Shown here in pieces: positions 9,769 through 20,981 of a stretch of 64,000 nucleotides of DNA; within the stretch, counting starts at the first letter, position 1, and every line of letters starts with the position of its first letter. The notes under the pieces are model-generated. The model did not search any database and had not been told where the DNA came from. It saw only the letters and a list, made by a program, of their open reading frames with translations. The stretch is from an uncultured Acidobacteriota bacterium. GTDB taxonomy: Bacteria; Acidobacteriota; UBA6911. The stretch covers positions 1 through 64,000 of the forward strand of contig CAWHCF010000023.1 in the NCBI GenBank assembly GCA_963827655.1, written 5' to 3'. A program made the translations under genes and the position numbers.

Positions 9769-12700
9769 TCAGAAGATGAACTTCACGGCCAACTGAATGT
9801 GGCGCGGATAGCGGGTTTCGGTATTGCCCCCATCCCTCGGGAAAATACTGCCGAAGTTCGGGTCATCCGGGTTGTTATTGAACTGCCGGCCCCCGTACTC
9901 GTAGGTGTTGGTGAAGTTGAACGCCTCGAACCGGAACTGGATGCTGGTTCCTTCTGTGATCCGGGTCGTCTTGTTCAACGAGAAGTCGATCGACGGCACG
10001 GCATGAAGCCGGATGCGGCCGTCGCGGAATGGTGTCATGCGCCCGGTGTTCACACTTCCCGGCGCATAGCGCGGGATCCGCAGGAAGTCATAGTCCGTGC
10101 ATCCGGCGGCCACACTGTAGGCGTAAAGGGAGATCACGCCGTTATCGTTCATGTTCGCGACGCACGCGGCCGTGTTGGCCCCGTTTGTGCTGGTCCGGAC
10201 CCCAAACACCTTGGGAGCTCTCCAGTCGGGATCGGGATTCTTGGCGTCCCTAACGACCATGAGGTTGGTTCGGTTACTCGAGGAGAGATCCCAGGGACGT
10301 CCCGACTGCCACTGGAAGATGATGTTGTTCTCCCAGCCTTCCAGGACCTTCCCCCAGAACCCGTTCGCTCCCGACAGGAACCGGCGGCCCGGACCGAACG
10401 GAAGCTGATAGACGCTCCCGACGGTAAAGCGGTGCGCGCGATCCCAAAGGTAGAGCCCGCGCTGAACGAGGTTCTGCTGGACGTCGGTGAAGCCCCACTG
10501 CTCGATCTGCTTCGAGAAGGTGTAGGTTGCGATCATGTTGAGGTTGTCCTTCGTGCGCTTCTCGAACGTGACCTGGCCGGAGTTGTACCAGATCTGCCCG
10601 TCATTGCGCCCGCGTTCGAGGTATCCGGCAAACTGCGGGTAGGGACGGGCCAGATCCCAGCGTGAGACGGTATCGGAGGAGAACAGGGTCGTGCCGCGGA
10701 ACGGCTCGAGTCCGAAGAACGGGTTCGGCAGGCGCTCGTCGCAAAACGCGGGCGAGCCCCCTTCGAGCGGATTGCACCTCTGGCGCATGGCCAGGTCCGG
10801 CTCGTTGAACTGGCGCTCGGTCTGGAGCCTCATGGTCCGGTTGCCCACGTACGCCACTTCGATCCTTGAACTCCGGGGAAGCTCGTACTGGAATCCCAGC
10901 GAGAACTGATGGACGTGCGGGACCTCGAACTCTGGATTGAAGAATTGAGGGTTGCGCCCGAGGAAAGTCATCAGGCCGAGACTGCTGCCTGAAGGCACCT
11001 GAATCCCGGTCGGGAACAGGTCATTGATCAACTGCGCGGAGCGAGGCGTCCGGCCGCCGTCCAGAGAATCCACCATGTTGGTGGACTGGCTGAATCCCCT
11101 GAACTCCAGGTAGTTGTTGTTGGGGTTGACGTAATAGATCCCCCAGCCGGCCCGCAGCACAAGTTTCTGCGAGATCTGGTAAGCGCCGCCGATCCTGGGC
11201 TGAATATTGTTCTTGTCCAGATTGCCCACCGTCCGAGGCTGGCCATCCACGCCGGCAAACAGGAGTCCGCCGCGCACGGTGGGAAAGCCCGGGAACCTTG
11301 TCCGGTCGATCATCGCGTCGACCGGGTTGACCGCCGTGAAATCGAAACCGCGGTTGATCCGATCGAAGCGCTCGTTGGGAGCAAAATTAAAATCCCAGCG
11401 CAGCCCCAGGTTCAGGGTCAAACGCCGCGTCACCTTCCAGTCGTCCTGGAACCAGGGCGCATAGTAGTTCCAGAGCGTCGTCGGGTAGAGGTTGTCGTCG
11501 ACGAGACCATTGAAAGGGAGCCCGATCAGGAAAGAGGCGATCGAGTCGCCCGAGTTCGTTTCTCCCTGGTTCCACACCCGCTGGGTGAAGCCCCGGTTCG
11601 CCTGCAGCCGAAACGGATTCCCCTGGTTTTGTTCGATGTACTGCGTCCAGCGGATGTCGACTCCGGCCTTCAGAGTGTGGGCGCCTTTGATCTTGTTGAG
11701 ATTGGGGTGAATGGCCCAGGTATTCGTGATATTGCGGCTCTGATAGCGACCCAGGCTATTGTAGTCGGTGAATTCGTAGCGGCCGAAGAGGTCGCCGTGC
11801 GGGATCTGATCGACCATCGACTTGGGAAAGCCGAGCGCCGTCTTGTCGAACCCCAGGTTTCCCCGGCCGAACCCGTGCTCCTCGAACCGGTTGAACGAGA
11901 AGCGGTAGTTGAAGATGAACGTCGGACCCATCGTGCCGACGTGGTCGAACACAAAGGCATGATTGATGCGCTTGAAGGGCTGCTGCCCATCCTGTCCGGG
12001 GCCTTCGAAGATGCCGTTTACGTTTCGATCCTCGGTCCGGTCATTCTCGGCGTAACGGCCGAAGATCCGGTGCTTGGAGCCGATGTTCTGGTCAATCTTC
12101 AATACCCAGTTGTAGAAGTCGTCCCCGGCGATGTTGTCCGGGATGAAGAGGTTCGCTCGCGAGTACCCTTGATCGGGCGACTTCGTGTTGGGCTTGGGCT
12201 GGAAGCTGAGGATCTTCTGAGAAATCGGATTGATCCGGGTCTGGGGGATTACATTTCCGGGGAATGGATCTCGCACCCAGCCACCCGCCGCGCTGGCGTC
12301 GGCCCTGCCAGTCAGGGGGTCGTAGATGATGACGGGCCGTCCCTGGGCGTCGACCAGCTTGCTGAAGTCGCCGTTGAGCATCTCCGCCTCCGGGACCGAA
12401 AGAGTCAGCGGAGCCGGAACTCCTTCGCGATAACCCTCATAGTTGAACATGAAGAAGGTCTTGTCGCGCCCGTTGTAGAGCTTCGGAAAGATCACCGGCC
12501 CCTGGATCTGCCCGCCGTACTGATCCAGGTAGTGCAAAGGCTTTGCCTGATTGCGAGCGTTGATCCGGAAGTCGTTCGCGTCCCATTGTTCGCGGCGGGC
12601 GAACTCGTAAAGCGTGCCGTGGAAATCGTTCCCTCCGCTGCGCAGCGACACGTTGATGATCCCGCCGGTCGTCTTGCCGTACTGGGCATCGTACGTGTTG

Positions 12701-13389
12701 GTCTGAATCTTGAACTCTTCGACGGAGTCGACCGGCGGTACCAGTGCGATGTTGTTCCCTCCGGCCTGACCGTTGTTCGGCGCGCCATCGAGCAGAAACT
12801 CGTTTCCGCGCGACTGGCTGCCATTGATGGTCCACTCGGCGATGGCGCCGTTGTCGAACGGACGCTGCCAGATCGATGCGCCGTTGAAATTCACACCCGC
12901 CACCAGCATCCCGAGCATGAACGGGTTGCGCGCGTTGAGCGGAAACTCGCGTACCTGCTGGTTGTCGATCACGCTGCCGCGGTTTGCGGTTGAAAGCTCG
13001 AGAATCTCGACGCCCGCCGTCACGGTGACCTGGTCGGTGAGCTGGCCCACTTCGAGCGCAATGTTCGCCGTGGCGACCTGGTTGATCGACAACTGGATGC
13101 CGTCCTGCTGGAACTTCTTGAAGCCGGTCTGCTCGGCCGAGATCGAATACGTCCCCGGCTTCAGGAGCGGAGCGTTGTAATTTCCCTGGTCATCGGTAAT
13201 CACGGTCGTAATTTCGTTGGTTCCGGTGTTGCGTACCTGAACTGTCACTCCGGGAATCGCGCCCCCCGAGCTGTCAGTCACCCGCCCATTCAACGTGGCC
13301 CGGAAATCCTGGGCCATGGCTGATGCGCCGATGAGCAGTAACACCGAGAGAAAGCTGTAGCTGTAGCGGCTGGAACTTCTCACAAGCAC
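9769..13389 (-). CDS. Oar-like TonB-dependent receptor with carboxypeptidase-regulatory N-domain
   Basis: signal peptide, ATLNGRVTDSSGGAIPGVTV, EFPLNARNP, VEEFKIQTNTYDAQYG, QDDWKVTRRLTLNLGLRWD, C-terminal PRHIQLAVKFIF. Confidence 0.92.
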   Translation of the reverse strand: MLVRSSSRYSYSFLSVLLLIGASAMAQDFRATLNGRVTDSSGGAIPGVTVQVRNTGTNEITTVITDDQGNYNAPLLKPGTYSISAEQTGFKKFQQDGIQLSINQVATANIALEVGQLTDQVTVTAGVEILELSTANRGSVIDNQQVREFPLNARNPFMLGMLVAGVNFNGASIWQRPFDNGAIAEWTINGSQSRGNEFLLDGAPNNGQAGGNNIALVPPVDSVEEFKIQTNTYDAQYGKTTGGIINVSLRSGGNDFHGTLYEFARREQWDANDFRINARNQAKPLHYLDQYGGQIQGPVIFPKLYNGRDKTFFMFNYEGYREGVPAPLTLSVPEAEMLNGDFSKLVDAQGRPVIIYDPLTGRADASAAGGWVRDPFPGNVIPQTRINPISQKILSFQPKPNTKSPDQGYSRANLFIPDNIAGDDFYNWVLKIDQNIGSKHRIFGRYAENDRTEDRNVNGIFEGPGQDGQQPFKRINHAFVFDHVGTMGPTFIFNYRFSFNRFEEHGFGRGNLGFDKTALGFPKSMVDQIPHGDLFGRYEFTDYNSLGRYQSRNITNTWAIHPNLNKIKGAHTLKAGVDIRWTQYIEQNQGNPFRLQANRGFTQRVWNQGETNSGDSIASFLIGLPFNGLVDDNLYPTTLWNYYAPWFQDDWKVTRRLTLNLGLRWDFNFAPNERFDRINRGFDFTAVNPVDAMIDRTRFPGFPTVRGGLLFAGVDGQPRTVGNLDKNNIQPRIGGAYQISQKLVLRAGWGIYYVNPNNNYLEFRGFSQSTNMVDSLDGGRTPRSAQLINDLFPTGIQVPSGSSLGLMTFLGRNPQFFNPEFEVPHVHQFSLGFQYELPRSSRIEVAYVGNRTMRLQTERQFNEPDLAMRQRCNPLEGGSPAFCDERLPNPFFGLEPFRGTTLFSSDTVSRWDLARPYPQFAGYLERGRNDGQIWYNSGQVTFEKRTKDNLNMIATYTFSKQIEQWGFTDVQQNLVQRGLYLWDRAHRFTVGSVYQLPFGPGRRFLSGANGFWGKVLEGWENNIIFQWQSGRPWDLSSSNRTNLMVVRDAKNPDPDWRAPKVFGVRTSTNGANTAACVANMNDNGVISLYAYSVAAGCTDYDFLRIPRYAPGSVNTGRMTPFRDGRIRLHAVPSIDFSLNKTTRITEGTSIQFRFEAFNFTNTYEYGGRQFNNNPDDPNFGSIFPRDGGNTETRYPRHIQLAVKFIF

Positions 13390-13594
13390 CTCCCCCTTGC
13401 TGTCCGAGCGGACAGCAAACCCATTCGTTAGATCGCTGACGGCCGTCGCTACGAAAAGGATTGGTCAAACGCACTAGGACGCAACGGCCCCGTGGAGTAT
13501 CGGGCGCCAGGGTAGCGAGACACTCCTTTTTCTATTTGCTGGTTTTTTATTACGGATGGCGCAACTAAGTCAATCGGAATCGATGATTGGGAAT

Positions 13595-13680
13595 CGGTTG
13601 ATTGGAAATAGAACCAATGCCCGTCTCTCGAGCAGCTTGGCAGATCCTCGTTACTGGGCTCATCCGCGGTCCGGGGCCGT
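13595..13680 (-). pseudogene. single PD40/WD40-like repeat fragment
   Basis: translates to ...DEPSNEDLPSCSRDGHWFYFQS, resembling the PSWSxDGxWxYFxS repeat; no start or flanking gene. Confidence 0.5.
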
Positions 13681-13740
13681 ATTACTCCAAGATCCAGTAT
13701 CCCCTGCCCCGCCCATTTGCTATAGTCCACGCTTGTGAGC

Positions 13741-13937
13741 AACATCCGGCTGGCTGTAGTTGTAATCCCCGGGCATGACGCTGCCGAAACCCGTAAGCGC
13801 GCGCCTGCCGGCGGTGCCCCGGCATTCCTTCGTAAGCCGCCGGACGGCGAGCGGCATTGCTGGATGCCGTCACCACCGCCATCGCTCACACACATTTAAA
13901 ACCAGCAAGCCTTCAGAATGAAGCACCGCTGGAATGA
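13741..13937 (+). pseudogene. C-terminal half of a response-regulator receiver domain
   Basis: VVVIPGHDAAETRKRAPAGGAPAFLRKPPDGE-LLDAVTTAI (one indel); its stop overlaps the next ATG (ATGA). Confidence 0.6.
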
Positions 13938-14572
13938 GAGGGATAAGAATGAAACTCGGCCTGCGAATCATCTGCACCATCCTGCTGACTTCCATCCTTG
14001 CGTCGGCGGCGTCGACCAAGTTCGTTTCTACCTGGAGTAATCCCACCGCCGGATCGCTAGGCGAGGCCGGGAAAAGAGTGGCTGCATTTGTGCTGAGCTC
14101 CGACGAAACCATGCGGCAGGGTCCGGAAGAAACGCTGGCAACGGAGATGCGCCGCCGCGGCATCGACTGCCTTGCGGGCTATACCGTCCTGCCTGGCGAG
14201 CTAGCCAAAGACCTGGAAAAGGCAAAAGCGTTCGTGAAGAAATCCGGCGTCACAGGCGCCATCCTGATGCGGGTAGTGGGAAAGGAAGAGCAGACTCGTT
14301 ACACTCCGGCCACAGTGTGGTATTCGGCGCCCCACTATTCCAGCTTCTGGGGCTATTGGGACTACGGATGGTCGGCGGTCTATACACCCGGTTATCTGAC
14401 GTCGGAGACGATCCTGTCGGTTGAAACGATGGTCTACTCAGTCGAGAAGGACATGTTGCTTTGGGCAGGCAAGAGTGAGACGACCAACCCGAAGGACGTG
14501 CGAAAGTTCGTTAAGGACCTCGTGGACGCCGCCGGCAAGGAAATGAGAAAAGCAGGTCTCGTCCGGAAGTAG
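13934..14572 (+). CDS. exported hypothetical protein (DUF4136-like)
   Basis: signal peptide; Tyr/Trp/Gly-rich loop FWGYWDYGW, VETMVYS...LLWAGKSETTNP. Confidence 0.75.
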   Translation: MRGIRMKLGLRIICTILLTSILASAASTKFVSTWSNPTAGSLGEAGKRVAAFVLSSDETMRQGPEETLATEMRRRGIDCLAGYTVLPGELAKDLEKAKAFVKKSGVTGAILMRVVGKEEQTRYTPATVWYSAPHYSSFWGYWDYGWSAVYTPGYLTSETILSVETMVYSVEKDMLLWAGKSETTNPKDVRKFVKDLVDAAGKEMRKAGLVRK

Positions 14573-14728
14573 CGCCGCTGATGTTCGGGCGACTGGCTTG
14601 ATTGAGGTTTCTACCGCCCGCTCATAGAGTCGCGCTGTTTGCTCCGCGTTTCCTTGAGTCTTCACTTCCATCACCGGCTTAGCCCAGCAGCGGCAGCAAG
14701 CTGCCGGAACACAAGGCGCGAGCAAGCT

Positions 14729-15023
14729 CTTAACCTTACACGCATTTCATCGGTCTCGTCGATTTCGCCCCGGAGGGGGCGACGGAAATTAGCCCGGGGC
14801 AAGCGAAGCGCAGCTCGGGGTTAGGGGTTTATGTTTGTGCGCCCTGAAGGGGCGACGGAGCATTGAGGGCCGTGTCCAGCGCCCCTCCGGGGCGCGGCTC
14901 TTCACCTGTCTGTGACCGGGAGCAACGCTCCGCTTGCCCCCGGCTAATTTCCTTCGCCCTTTCAGGGCGCGAGCTGGCCTAACCGTTCGTTCTCGACCAA
15001 TACAAGATGCGTGTAAGGTTCAG
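14729..15023. mobile_element. 295-bp MITE carrying REP-type palindromes
   Basis: 17-bp TIRs CTTAACCTTACACGCAT / ATGCGTGTAAGGTTCAG (1 mismatch); 8-bp direct repeat AGCAAGCT at 14721-14728 and 15024-15031; no transposase. Confidence 0.8.
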
Positions 15024-15120
15024 AGCAAGCTTGCGCACTCCAAAGCTTGCTCTCAACCCTACAGGCAAGCGCCGGGCCCCTCGACGCTCCTCCTCTGAAG
15101 CCAGTCCGGTCTATCCCGCC

Positions 15121-15340
15121 TGTCAAAAGAACGAACGTAAATTGTCAAAGAAATAGACAGCCCACCAACCAATGGATGCTCAATATCATGGCCTGTGCAA
15201 GATCATGAGATGTAAATAATATGTACATCTAACCGGGCACCATGAACTTCGAACGCGGACCGTTATTTTAATTAATCATATTATTATCAGTAGTTTAACA
15301 TAAACTGTGCAGTGCAATATCGCTTGGCATGGAACGTGCT
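15121..15340 (+). promoter_or_regulatory. sigma54 promoter with IHF site and candidate enhancer
   Basis: TGGCATGGAACGTGCT (15325-15340, GG-N10-GC); TATCAGTAGTTTA (15285-15297) fits IHF WATCAR-N4-TTR; TGTC-N9-GACA (15143-15159). Confidence 0.7.
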
Positions 15341-15420
15341 AATTGCGTCTGCGGTCATCAGACGCATAACGTGGCGATGATGACCAGAAGACAACACTTT
15401 TACGGAGAGAGGCGCTGCAA

Positions 15421-16173
15421 ATGAACACACGGATAGGCATGGTAAGGATAGTGGCGGCAGGCTTGTTGATCACCGGAATGGCTTTCGGTCGGACCCCCCG
15501 GACGGATGCCGAGATGAGTTCCAAAGCTCAAGACAAGTTGTATCACGAGAAGTTAGGACCGAACGTACAGGTAAAAGTCGAAGACGCAGTCGCGACCCTC
15601 GAGGGTAGCGTGGATTCCATCGGCTTGAAGGAAAAGGCTGCGAAAACGGTCTCGAAGGTCGACGGGATAACCGAGGTCGCCAACAACTTGCAGGTCTCTG
15701 CGGCGGATGACGGGAATATCCTCAAGCAGGCTGGCAAGCGAATCCGGACCTACGCGTATTACTCGATCTTTGACGACGTCCAGCTGCAATCGCTCGGCGG
15801 CCATCTGGTCCTTACGGGTCAGGTGACCCAGCCGTGGAGGAGAACGGAGATCGAGAATCTCGTCGAGACGATCCCGGGGGTCCAGCGCGTGGAAAACAAA
15901 CTGGAAGTACTCCCGGTTTCATCGTTCGACGACCAGATTCGGCTGCGCGTCGCGCGCGCAATTTACAGGGATCCGGTCCTGTCGCGCTATGCGATCCAGG
16001 CCAATCCTCCGATTCATATCGTCGTGAAGAATGGAAACGTAAGGCTGACCGGCGTGGTGAATAGTCCCGTGGAAAAAGCAGTGGCCCAACGGGCGGCCCG
16101 GTTCGCAGCCACGTACTTCAACCTGGAGAATGACCTCCAGGTCGAATCCGAAATGGCCCGGCCACGCATGTAG
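15421..16173 (+). CDS. periplasmic triple-BON-domain protein (OsmY-like)
   Basis: signal peptide and three BON repeats (ATLEGSV...NNLQV; LVLTGQV...NKLEV; VRLTGVV...NDLQV). Confidence 0.9.
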   Translation: MNTRIGMVRIVAAGLLITGMAFGRTPRTDAEMSSKAQDKLYHEKLGPNVQVKVEDAVATLEGSVDSIGLKEKAAKTVSKVDGITEVANNLQVSAADDGNILKQAGKRIRTYAYYSIFDDVQLQSLGGHLVLTGQVTQPWRRTEIENLVETIPGVQRVENKLEVLPVSSFDDQIRLRVARAIYRDPVLSRYAIQANPPIHIVVKNGNVRLTGVVNSPVEKAVAQRAARFAATYFNLENDLQVESEMARPRM

Positions 16174-16317
16174 GACGAATTTGCCGCAGCAACAACCCCG
16201 TCAACAATGGCGGCCGGCCCTGTGTGGGGCCGGCCGCCATTCCCCAACCACAGGAAGTACGCAGCGCGATGTCGCTTCCTGGAGCTCTCCCGCGGATTCC
16301 TTCTGCTACTGCTTACT

Positions 16318-17778
16318 TCAAGCCAGCAGCTTCTGCACCACGATGCCATGCACGTCGGTCAGCCTGAAATCGCGGCCCTGGAAACGATAGGTCAGCTTCG
16401 TGTGATCCAAACCGAGCAGGTGCAGGATGGTCGCGTGCAGGTCGTGAACGTGCACGGCGTCTTCGACCACGTTGAAGCCGAAGGTGTCCGTCCGCCCCAG
16501 GGTGAGGCCTGCCTTGAAGCCGCCGCCCGCGACCCACATCGTGAAGGCCTTGTTATGGTGATCGCGCCCCATACTGCGCCCGGCGTCAGGATTGCTTTCG
16601 ACCATGGGGGTGCGGCCGAATTCGCCCCCCCAGATCACGAGCGTGTCCGCCAGCAGCCCGCGTTGCTTGAGGTCCTTGATGAGCGCCGCCGTGGCCTGAT
16701 CGGTATTCTTGGATTGCAGTTTCACCCCTTTGACGACTTCGCTGTGATGATCCCAGGCTTCGTGGAAAAGCTGCACGAAGCGCACGCCACGCTCAATCAA
16801 GCGGCGCGCGAGCAGGCAATTGTTGGCGTAAGAGTTCTTGCCTGGCTCCGCTCCATACATGGCCAGCGTCTCACTTGATTCCTGGGTGAGGTCCATCAAC
16901 TCCGGCGCGCTTTCCTGCATCCGGTAGGCCATCTCGAAGGAATTGATGCGCGTCGCGATCTCAGGATCACCGGTCACTGCGAGGTGATGCTCGTTGATCG
17001 CCTTCAGCGTGTCGAGCGTCCTGCGCTGGATCTCGCGGGTGACGCCGCGTGGGTTGGAAAGTGACAGGATCGGATCGCCCGTGCGTCGAAAGGGCACGCC
17101 CTGATAGATGGACGGCAGAAAGCCGCAGCCCCAGTTGCTTGCGCCACCGCTCGTCCCGCCCGCTGACGTCAATACCACGAACGCAGGCAGTTCCTGCGTC
17201 TGGCACCCAAGCCCGTAGGTCACCCACGCCCCCATACTCGGACGGCCGAACTGCACCGAGCCGGTGTTCATGAAAATCTGCCCCGGAGCGTGATTGATCG
17301 CATCGGTCACCATTGATCTGATGATCGCGATCTCATCAGCGACCTGGGCCAGGTGCGGCATCGCCTCCGAGATTTCAGCGCCCGACTGGCCGTGCTTGGC
17401 GAACTTGAACTCAGAGGCATAAAGCCCGGCATCCGGCTTGATGAAGGCGTAGTTGATGTCTTTGACGAATTCCTGCGGCACAGGCTTGCCGGTGTAGCGG
17501 ACGAGTTCAGGCTTGTAATCGAACAAATCGAGTTGCGAGGGCGCGCCGGCCTGGAAGAGGTAGATCACACGCTTCGCCCTGGCCGGAAAGTGCGGTTTTT
17601 TCGGAGCCAGAGGACCGGTGGCCTGAACGTTCGCTCCCTGCAGCGGCGCTCCAAACAGGTTTTCCTTGAGCAGGTCAGCAAGCGCCAGCGAGCCCAGTCC
17701 AATCCCGCACTCCTTGAAAAAATACCGCCGCGTGACGAGCTTTTTGGCCTCAAGTCTGATTTCATCTCTGTAGCTCAT
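16318..17778 (-). CDS. DUF1501 domain protein (Tat-like RR signal)
   Basis: [65 protein letters not shown]. Confidence 0.92.
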   Translation of the reverse strand: MSYRDEIRLEAKKLVTRRYFFKECGIGLGSLALADLLKENLFGAPLQGANVQATGPLAPKKPHFPARAKRVIYLFQAGAPSQLDLFDYKPELVRYTGKPVPQEFVKDINYAFIKPDAGLYASEFKFAKHGQSGAEISEAMPHLAQVADEIAIIRSMVTDAINHAPGQIFMNTGSVQFGRPSMGAWVTYGLGCQTQELPAFVVLTSAGGTSGGASNWGCGFLPSIYQGVPFRRTGDPILSLSNPRGVTREIQRRTLDTLKAINEHHLAVTGDPEIATRINSFEMAYRMQESAPELMDLTQESSETLAMYGAEPGKNSYANNCLLARRLIERGVRFVQLFHEAWDHHSEVVKGVKLQSKNTDQATAALIKDLKQRGLLADTLVIWGGEFGRTPMVESNPDAGRSMGRDHHNKAFTMWVAGGGFKAGLTLGRTDTFGFNVVEDAVHVHDLHATILHLLGLDHTKLTYRFQGRDFRLTDVHGIVVQKLLA

Positions 17779-17780
17779 AG

Positions 17781-20700
17781 CTACTCCTTCGCGATCGTCT
17801 CATCCAGATTCAGCAGCACCCGCGCCACGATCGTCCATGGCGCGACTTTGTGCAGATCGACATCAGCCGGCAGGTCATTCAGATCGGCCGCCGAGACGTA
17901 GACGGCCGCTCGCCGTGCGGCCAGTGAAGTAAGCCTGCTGCTCGCGCAAGAGTGAGAGCAACTGCTCAAGCTCGAAATCGTCCGGCTTCCTGCCGGTGCA
18001 AAGCCTGAAGGCAAGGATCATCTTCGCGCGCTCATCCGCGCCGCCTTCCTTCCACACGCGCAAGGCGAGCGCCTGCGCAGCCTCCATAAACACCTGATCA
18101 TTCAGTGTCGTGAGCGCTTGAAGCGGAGTGTCTGAGCGGATGCGGCGCGTACAGGCGGCGTCAGCATTGGGCGCATCAAAGACCAGCAGGCTAGGGTACG
18201 GTACCGAGCGCTTCCAGAAAGTGTACATTGCGCGGCGATAGCGATCTTCGCCCGTGCTGGTTTCCCACTTCATCGGCGCTCCGAAACCGAGGGTCATCAC
18301 TCCATCGGGAATGGGCGGGAAAACGCTCGGCCCGCCCACGCGGCGGCTCAGCAGTCCGCTGGCCGCGAGCGCGATGTCGCGAACGACCTCTGCGTCGACG
18401 CGCAGGCGCGGGGCGCGCGCCAGCCAGCGATTGCCCGGATCGACTTGGAGAAGTTGCGGCGTGGCGCGCGACGACTGGCGATAAACGGCTGAAGTCACAA
18501 TCAATCGGTGAATGTGTTTCATGCTCCAGCCTTTTTCCCTGAATTCAACCGCCAGCCAGTCGAGCAGGTCGGGATGCGATGGCTGCTCACACCTGGCGCC
18601 GAAATCCTCCGGCGTAGTTACAAGGCCCGCGCCGAAGTATTGTTGCCACATCCGATTGACGATCACGCGCGCAGTCAGCGGATTGTGTGAATCAACGATC
18701 CACCGTGCCAACCCCAGCCGATTGCGCGGCGCCTCCTTGGGCAGCGGGTGCAGGACGGCGGGTGTGCCGGGCATGATCAATTCTGCCGGGCGTTTCCAAT
18801 CGCCGCGTCTGAAGAGGCGAGTCTCGCGCGGCTGATGACGCGGAGCCAGGGCTAGTGTCGTCGGACCGTAGGGCCAGGTCTTCATCAACTCGTCGATCTT
18901 GCCGTTTGCCTCCGTCCATTCGGGGATGATTGTGCGGTAGTAGCCGAAGACGTCGCGCTGCTGCTCCTTGGTGCGCTTCTCCACCGGAATGGAGAGAATC
19001 CGCCGAACGCTCGCCGGCAGCGGATCAGCGTAAGGGTTTTCCGCTCTGCTCACCGAGATGCGAAAACGTCCGATGTTGGGCTTGCCGCCCCTGAGGTCAA
19101 TGGTCTCGTCCGATTTCTGTGCGATCTGAAGAGTCAGGATCGTACCGCCATCAAAACCTGCAGGCTGCCGCGCCACGAAGACCATTTTGCGGTCCCGGTT
19201 GCGGCGGCCCGGTCCGGCGTCACTACTCCAGTGGGTCTTGAATTCGCCGTCAATCACATTCTTTACCGGAAAGTCCGGGCGTTCGAAATCCGCCGTCGGA
19301 CCGGTAAGGACAACTTTCGTGGCCGCTTCAGGCTCGGCCATCGGAGCAGCTTCAACCGAGAACTCCGAGACAAACAGGCTGCCGTCAGTGGAGCGGCCCG
19401 GCCCTCCGCGCGGCAGACTCTGGTCCGCCAACAGTTCGAGACGAAAGCCGGCAATGTTTTTCAGCTTCGTGCGCGCAGTAATCTTGTAGTTGTTGCTCGT
19501 GGAGTTATCGCCTTTGGCAAGGAATGAGCCGTCTTCAAGTTTGTCAAACTTGGTGCCGAAAGCGGCGAAGATAGTCGTGTCTTCCAGCACCGTCCACTGG
19601 CTTTCATCGTAGCGTGCTTTCCGCTCCCATTCAGCCATCCGCTGCGCGAGATCCGGGGTCTTTGCGATCAGTTCATCTTCAATCTTTGCAATCGCGGCCT
19701 GGATCTCGGCTCGTTTATTCAGAACCTTCTCATCAGGGACTTCGATTTCCGGTTCATCATCGCTGTTGAGGAAAGCATAGAACTGGTAATACTCCCGGTG
19801 CTCGATCGGATCGAACTTGTGCGTGTGGCATTGCGCGCAGGCGATGGTCAGGCCCAGGAAAGCTTTGCCAATCGTGTCCACGCGATCGATGATCCCTTCG
19901 ACGCGAAACTGCTCGGGATCGACTCCACCCTCCTGGTTGAGCATCGAGTTGCGCAGGAAGCCGGTCGCAATGCGCTGCTCGAGCGTGGGAAGCGGCAGCA
20001 GATCACCCGCCAGCTGCTCGATGGTGAACTGGTCGAAGGGCATGTCCCGGCTGAAGGCGTTGATCACCCAGTCGCGATAAGGCCAGATCGAACGCGGCAG
20101 ATCCTTTTCAAAGCCGTTGGTGTCGGCATAACGCGCCGCGTCGAGCCACCACCGTCCCCAGCGCTCGCCGTAATGGGGCGAAGAGAGCAGGCGCTCGACC
20201 AGCTTCTCATACGCCTCGGAGCTCTGGTCGTTGAGAAACCGGTCGCTCTCTTCAATCGTGGGCGGCAGACCGGTAAGATCAAGACTGAGGCGCCGGATCA
20301 GGGTTTCCTTCGCCGCTTCCGGCGAAGGAGCGAGGCCCAGCCGTTCGAGCCGGGCGAGAATGAACTGGTCAATCGGATTTTTCGACCAGGTTTTGTTCGC
20401 GACCGGCGGCAGCGTCGGACGAGCCGGAGCGATGTATGCCCAGTGTCGAGGATTTGCGGATTGGGCATTGGGGGATGACGCTTCAACCGACGCGGATTCC
20501 GGCCAGTCGGCGCCCTGGTCGATCCATTTGCGAATCAGATCGATCTGTTCCGGCTTCAACGGATCGCCGCCCATCGGCATGGGCGCTTCGCCACCGAGGC
20601 CGAGGATGCGGTGCATCAAGCGACTTTCCCGGCTGTTGCCCGGAACAATGACTTTCATCGCCAGCGTCTTGTTAACCAACCGCAACGGGCTCTGGACCCT

Positions 20701-20865
20701 CCCGCTCCCATGGCATTGATAGCAGCTCGCCTGAAAGATAGGTTGAATGTCACGGATGAAATCAACCTTTTGTTGCAGCCAGTAGTGAGCGGCAGAAGTG
20801 CTTATGGCCGGGATGATCGTCCCGGCGGCAAGCATCAGCGCCAGTACTCTCACGTAGTGCCGCAT
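17781..20865 (-). CDS. planctomycete cytochrome c + DUF1549/DUF1553 (PSCyt/PSD1) protein, frameshift near 17910
   Basis: CYQCH and CAQCH heme motifs, [36 protein letters not shown]; terminal [12 protein letters not shown] lies in the adjacent frame. Confidence 0.9.
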
Positions 20866-20981
20866 ATCCTGACTCCTTGATTGACTGATCGCCAGTGCGA
20901 GTGTCTTTTTAATCTTCTCATTCGTCTGGCTGAGAAATCCGCGTTCTCAAAGTCGATCTGCGTCGCTGAAAAAGGTTAAGC

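Noticed and set aside
11629-12993. Long antisense ORFs (also 2031-2990, 21120-22178, 31849-33213, 48564-49517, 58227-59156)
   Set aside because: Shadow frames opposite well-supported genes in GC-rich DNA, with no motifs.
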